Shown in pieces: positions 25,077-29,432 of a stretch of 29,432 bases of DNA. The first letter of the stretch is position 1. Each line of letters begins with the position of its first letter. The notes below the pieces were generated by a model. The model saw nothing but the letters and a program-made list of their open reading frames with translations. It was not told the origin of the DNA and searched no databases. This DNA is from a virus (lineage: Duplodnaviria > Caudoviricetes), in IMG/VR virus record IMGVR_UViG_3300038379_000584, positions 1 through 29,432 of that record. One strand, written 5' to 3'. Made by a program: the position numbers and the translations under genes.

Positions 25077-26181
25077 TTGTTGCCCCTGCTAAGATTCCAT
25101 CCATTATGATCTGGAGCAACTCCGGCTCTGCGCCAGCTCCAGTATAGTCCCGTCCATACCTTGTCTTGAACAGCTCTACGGCCTGTTCGAATACTTGCCT
25201 GGAATACTGCTGCTCTGGAGTTAGCAATGGGCCAACTCCCTGAGCTGGCTGCCGCACCGTGTCAGGCTGCTCAGTGGCACCAGGCTGGCCTACCCCACCA
25301 AAGGCATTGCGAAGCAACTGGTCCAGTGGATCTGCAGTGGCTCGTACACGCTCTCCAAGCTCGAATACAAACTGTGCCTGGCGTGCCCTAGCTTCTTCCT
25401 CTGCCGCGGCTGCACCTTCCTCAATCGCCTGCAATTCATCAGGTGTAAAATCCTCCGCTGCCTCTGCTCGACGGTACAGTGCATCCGCACTTCCACGGTC
25501 TCCACGCGCTCTGGCATTGCCAATAGCGGTTGCCAGATCCTCCACGCGGCGAGCCGTCAGCGCCCGCCCAGAGATACGCGATTCCGCTCGCTGCTCGCGG
25601 GCCTCAGCTCGACCCTCAGCCCGCTGCTCTCGCTCGATCATTCGGCTTTCCGCCCTCACATCTCCAGCTTCCTGCCTACGAGCAATACGCTCTTCAGCTT
25701 CCTTTGCCAGTAGCTCATTCAGTTGAAGTTCACTGTAATGCACATTCATCCTGGCCGCGGCGCGATTGCTCAGCTCCGGTCCGAGCTCTCTCAGCGCCGT
25801 CTCACCAATCATCGCCAGTGAATTATCATCTCCAGCCCGCTTTGCGATGGCCATCTGTCTGGCTAGCTCATCCACACGGGTATCCTGCTTATCCCGGCGG
25901 CGCTCGATGGACTGTAGTACATACGCCTGAAGTGACGGATCCAGCTCCTTGATACCGAAGATCTGCTCTTCCGCATCATCTGGCGTGAGCCTATTTGGAT
26001 TCTGGCCCATTTCTGGAAAGTCTGGATTTACTGGAGGCTCATCCAGTGCCGACAGAATCTCAATAGCGCGCTGTCTACTCGCCCTTTCTTTATCCACCTT
26101 CTTATTATGCCTAATCACATCCGCAATGCTTCCAAGGGCACTGCGTACTCCGTAGTCATCCCTGTTGCCACGGTAGCCCAT
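25069..26181 (-). CDS. Internal virion / ejection protein (coiled-coil, 370 aa)
   Basis: R/E/A-rich helical sequence; lies between the other two ejection-type genes. Confidence 0.7.
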   Translation of the reverse strand: MGYRGNRDDYGVRSALGSIADVIRHNKKVDKERASRQRAIEILSALDEPPVNPDFPEMGQNPNRLTPDDAEEQIFGIKELDPSLQAYVLQSIERRRDKQDTRVDELARQMAIAKRAGDDNSLAMIGETALRELGPELSNRAAARMNVHYSELQLNELLAKEAEERIARRQEAGDVRAESRMIEREQRAEGRAEAREQRAESRISGRALTARRVEDLATAIGNARARGDRGSADALYRRAEAAEDFTPDELQAIEEGAAAAEEEARARQAQFVFELGERVRATADPLDQLLRNAFGGVGQPGATEQPDTVRQPAQGVGPLLTPEQQYSRQVFEQAVELFKTRYGRDYTGAGAEPELLQIIMDGILAGATNG

Positions 26182-26183
26182 GA

Positions 26184-26975
26184 CTACTTCGCTACCGCAG
26201 AAGAGATAATATCACTAATGCCACTAACCAACTCCTCCATACCACCTCCCTCGAACAGCTTCATAACATCGAAGGTCTTGCTGGTGCCAACCTGTCCAGC
26301 TAGCCCAAGCCGCCTGTACAGCTCATCAAGTTGTCGTTGGAACTCTGCGCGGCGCGCAGCGAACTGCTCCAGCAACGCCTGCCGTTCCTCGCCCGCCGCA
26401 GCGAACGCTGCATTAGACGCCTCAATATCTGTCAACCGGCCTGACTGTGCAGCCCTGGACGCATCTACCAATCGATTCAGCCCCGCCTCACGAGACTGGT
26501 ACGCTCCCGTGGCCCGTGCCTGTGTAAGCGCATCAATCAACTCTGCCGAAGACCTCGCGTCGGCTTCGCGGCGGGCACTCCCAAAGAAGCCACTCTCTGC
26601 TGTACCTCTGGAAATTGCCGGAAGTACATCTTCCCTATACGCCTCCAGCGCGGGTGCCTGAACTGCCTGATTGAAGTACTCATTGAATGCCGTAGGATCT
26701 CCACCACCAGCCGTCTTTAGCAAATTCGTCAGGGCTGCTCCAGATGCCTGGTACGCCTCCCCACCAGGCCCACCACCCATTGCAATCTGTTCCAACGCCG
26801 CCAACGAGGACTGCTGCGACGGCTGAAATCCTGGGGCTTCCTCAGTAAAGGCCGGCTGCGGCCCTCGCAGCTGTCCAGTAATCATTCCGATTACTTCCTT
26901 CAGCAACTGCTGCTGCTCGCGAGTCCTCGGATCGATTACCTTCGTTTTCTCTTTATCAGAACTAAAGAGTCCCAT
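26184..26975 (-). CDS. DNA transfer / pilot-type ejection protein (263 aa)
   Basis: GAGGTG RBS; MGLFSS start, Q/A/G-rich, GFFGSAR motif. Confidence 0.72.
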   Translation of the reverse strand: MGLFSSDKEKTKVIDPRTREQQQLLKEVIGMITGQLRGPQPAFTEEAPGFQPSQQSSLAALEQIAMGGGPGGEAYQASGAALTNLLKTAGGGDPTAFNEYFNQAVQAPALEAYREDVLPAISRGTAESGFFGSARREADARSSAELIDALTQARATGAYQSREAGLNRLVDASRAAQSGRLTDIEASNAAFAAAGEERQALLEQFAARRAEFQRQLDELYRRLGLAGQVGTSKTFDVMKLFEGGGMEELVSGISDIISSAVAK

Positions 26976-26989
26976 TGGATCACCTCATG

Positions 26990-27002
26990 ATCAGATTTTG
27001 AT
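26990..27002. promoter_or_regulatory. Palindromic site copy 8 (ATCAGATTTTGAT, one mismatch)
   Basis: Lies in a 33-nt intergenic gap, flanked G...C. Confidence 0.65.
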
Positions 27003-27008
27003 CGGTAC

Positions 27009-28829
27009 TTACCAACGATACGCAGGTCTGTACTGAGCGACCACCTGCTCCACGCTGAAACCACCACCTGAACCGGAAAATCGCAGCCGCATATATTCAC
27101 AGGTGAAGTCGCGGAAGCCTCGTACTATACCAGGTACACCACCCGGACTTGCGTCTGAGACAATGGAGAGAAAGGACGCTCCACGATCTGTACTAACGTC
27201 TACATTCACACTGAGCCCAGACATCAAAAAGGAGAACCTATTGAATCGCTGCGGCGCGTCCAGGAACGACTCATCCCTGGTGTGCAGTTCCCATAAGATG
27301 GATGCACTGTCCTCCTGCGGCGTGATGTAATTGTACTCAAACGCATACGAGAAGCCATTGCTCGACCGTCCACCGAGCATTACAGTTGCAATCTCGCCAC
27401 TTACAGAGCTACTCGCAGCTGTCCATGTCTGCTCAGCCATGGTTCCGACTAGGTCATTATAAGTAATACTGGTACTGGAAAGATGCGGCCCAACCCCGCT
27501 CAACTCTCGTGCAAACTGCCTGTATCCAAACGCACGACTGGAGATGTTATAGACCAACGCTCGCCTACAATGATTCGTCGCGCCTACATCCGGGTAAAAG
27601 AAATAAATATCATCGTACTGGTCGAAGAGATAAATAAACCCCCTGTGCGCCCGCTCGCGATCCAGTTCCCCATTTGCATCAAAGATACCACGGAATACAC
27701 GCGGGGTGATCTCACGCACTTCAAACCCACCTGTATATTCGTAGATTCCATCCTTGCTCACGAATACATGACTATCAGACAGGGTAAGAATGGCATTCCT
27801 GGAAACAGCCCCTGTGCCACTTGGCCCAAGCGAATCTGCTGCGATAGTCGGCCTGAAGAAGAAATGATGAAGCTGCGTTCCGCGGAACTCCATCCGGACT
27901 ATAGACCGTGTACGATAGATAATCGTATCCGCAGCAAGCTTATACATCCCAAGAATCTGATCCCGGCTATCCACCAGATCCTCAAACCCAGCCGTGCCGG
28001 CATTCCACACTGTCGGATCCCCAGTATCGCTCCACCTAACCCTGCTCGGATATACAGTACCACCATCTGTAATTCCGCCAACAACCAGTGCATTCGCAAA
28101 TACCACCAGGGATTTCACAGCAGTAAGCGTAACGCCAGTAGTAACCAGCGCCTCACATGTAGACCCGTCATATACCTGAATCGGGTCCTTTCCATTGGTG
28201 AAAAGATGCGTACCATTCGCAGGAAATGGCACATCAACAACTTGGTCATCTGCAGTCCCGGTAAGCCGTGGTCCCCTGTACACTACATTTCCTGCATCTG
28301 CCACGAATGGATTCGGAAGTGCGGTATCCAATGAAAGTAGATTTACCGACTTCCCAGTGATTTGCCTATACTGCGTCTTCCCATCGTTGTCAGTAACCGC
28401 AATTACATCTCCGATGGCAAAGTTCGTCGCGTCGGTAAGCGTGATTAGTAGGTTTCCACCTGTTATTCCAGATGCCAATGTGTTACTGGTACTATCAGAG
28501 ACCAGCTCCCACGCGCCTGCATTGTTCAAGCGCCACAGACTCTTATCCGTTACGCATAGAAGCGTGGTCGTTCCCACGGAGGTTTCGTATATAAAGAAGC
28601 GCCGTGCGTCGCCGCGGAGGAACTGCTCCAGTCCAGTATGCTCATCAGTTCCCAATCGCCTATATCCAGAATCAATAACTACACGCCCATTCCTAAATAC
28701 AACATTGATCGCTTGCGGCGTATACTGCTTCTCGATATAATGACTCGGCAGCGATGTGTCTAGCCCGCCGATAAGATGTGCATATTCATAATACTTCCAC
28801 GTAGGCGTAATTACGTTTTGAATAGACAT
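27009..28829 (-). CDS. Tail hub / stabilisation protein (P22 gp10 / tail tubular B-like)
   Basis: GGLDT, FTNGKD, RVRWSDTGDPTVW, DGIYEYTG, MRLRFSG; beta-propeller-like; directly upstream of the ejection genes. Confidence 0.8.
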   Translation of the reverse strand: MSIQNVITPTWKYYEYAHLIGGLDTSLPSHYIEKQYTPQAINVVFRNGRVVIDSGYRRLGTDEHTGLEQFLRGDARRFFIYETSVGTTTLLCVTDKSLWRLNNAGAWELVSDSTSNTLASGITGGNLLITLTDATNFAIGDVIAVTDNDGKTQYRQITGKSVNLLSLDTALPNPFVADAGNVVYRGPRLTGTADDQVVDVPFPANGTHLFTNGKDPIQVYDGSTCEALVTTGVTLTAVKSLVVFANALVVGGITDGGTVYPSRVRWSDTGDPTVWNAGTAGFEDLVDSRDQILGMYKLAADTIIYRTRSIVRMEFRGTQLHHFFFRPTIAADSLGPSGTGAVSRNAILTLSDSHVFVSKDGIYEYTGGFEVREITPRVFRGIFDANGELDRERAHRGFIYLFDQYDDIYFFYPDVGATNHCRRALVYNISSRAFGYRQFARELSGVGPHLSSTSITYNDLVGTMAEQTWTAASSSVSGEIATVMLGGRSSNGFSYAFEYNYITPQEDSASILWELHTRDESFLDAPQRFNRFSFLMSGLSVNVDVSTDRGASFLSIVSDASPGGVPGIVRGFRDFTCEYMRLRFSGSGGGFSVEQVVAQYRPAYRW

Positions 28830-28911
28830 AGATATTGTACCAGGGTATAGAAGAAGTTATACGCTTCGTATTGGATCATCTCAGTCCCACTGCCCCACGC
28901 TGGTCATCGCG

Positions 28912-29430
28912 CTACCTCGTCAACGGCTCTTGGTACCACACCGCCATCCAATCAAGATAGAACCCAAGAACGGCCGTGGTGCCCGAGTTCGTGTAGATGA
29001 ACCCGTGCCCGGTCTCGCGACCGCTGGCGGTAGGGATGTTGGTCGTGTTGCTCTGGCTGCCCTGACTGGTGCCGCTGTCGTTGAAGACCTCACAGGTCAC
29101 CTGTGTGGCGTCGCTATTGAGGGTGATCACAACCCGGTACCAAGTGTTCACCGTCGCGGTGTGGACAGTCGCGCTGGTGGTACGGGTGGAGTTGTTCGCC
29201 GTCTTACAGGTCGCCGCCAAGCCGCCAGCGGCATACTCCAGGTATGCCCCATCGGTCACGTCTGCGGAGGTAGCGGTGTCGATGAAGCCGATGCGGATGG
29301 TAGAGGCGGTGCCAGAAGCGACCCGGTGCTGGTAGATCGCCTCGAAGACCTCCCCGCCCTGGAAGAGAACCGTGTCGGCCGCGCTGCGGATGTAGCAGCC
29401 AGAGTTGGTTGTGGTGCTCGATGAGCAGCG
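28912..29430 (-). CDS. Tail fibre / receptor-binding protein C-terminus (5' end outside window)
   Basis: Frame is open to the window edge (RCSSSTTTNSGCYIR...IRIGFIDT...NTWYRVVI...TNIPT...LDW); ConA-like beta-sandwich pattern. Confidence 0.75.
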   Translation of the reverse strand, partial: RCSSSTTTNSGCYIRSAADTVLFQGGEVFEAIYQHRVASGTASTIRIGFIDTATSADVTDGAYLEYAAGGLAATCKTANNSTRTTSATVHTATVNTWYRVVITLNSDATQVTCEVFNDSGTSQGSQSNTTNIPTASGRETGHGFIYTNSGTTAVLGFYLDWMAVWYQEPLTR

Positions 29431-29432
29431 CA

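Larger units (their letters stand above)
1..29432. mobile_element. dsDNA tailed phage genome fragment (podovirus-like)
   Basis: Phage-type replication module (Cas4-like, AAA_24, SSB, PolA, DUF3987), ejection and tail-hub genes, dense overlapping small ORFs, divergent early/late layout, no host housekeeping genes. Confidence 0.95.

Noticed and set aside
28830-28845. Internal extended -10 promoter (TGGTACAAT) giving a leaderless tail-hub mRNA
   Set aside because: Only 4 nt to the ATG and no -35; cannot be supported, though the gene lacks an obvious RBS.
1-29432. T7-like (Autographiviridae) assignment, temperate markers, tRNAs, alternative genetic code
   Set aside because: No single-subunit RNAP, integrase or cloverleaf seen; genes are full length under code 11 and use all three stops.

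Overview
The whole window reads as part of a dsDNA tailed phage genome, podovirus-like because it has three ejection-type proteins and a tail-hub protein. No RNA polymerase, integrase, tRNA or CRISPR array is visible. A divergent control region (about 6.6-8.4 kb) drives a rightward early/replication arm (7.3-22.2 kb). That arm holds small ORFs, a DUF5675-like protein, an HTH protein, a degenerate SPOUT-like protein, a Cas4-like nuclease, a HAD-like protein, a Sak4/AAA_24 ATPase, an SSB, an RHH protein, a ParB-DNA methyltransferase fusion, a split UDG-fused family A polymerase with His762, and a DUF3987-like helicase. No primase is recognisable. Leftward late genes occupy both ends: a putative small terminase and fibre-like genes at left; a fibre C-terminus, tail hub and ejection proteins at right. 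Highlights: (1) three consecutive late genes encode Sec-signal-peptide, Cys-containing fibre/adhesin/lyase-like proteins, suggesting receptor-binding parts exported and folded in the periplasm; (2) a 13-bp palindrome ATCAAA(A/T)TTTGAT occurs 8 times, mostly at gene junctions, possibly as a loading site for the ParB-MTase; (3) the polymerase is split just before motif A; (4) there are several structured intergenic RNA candidates. All family calls come from motifs recognised by eye, not from database searches.
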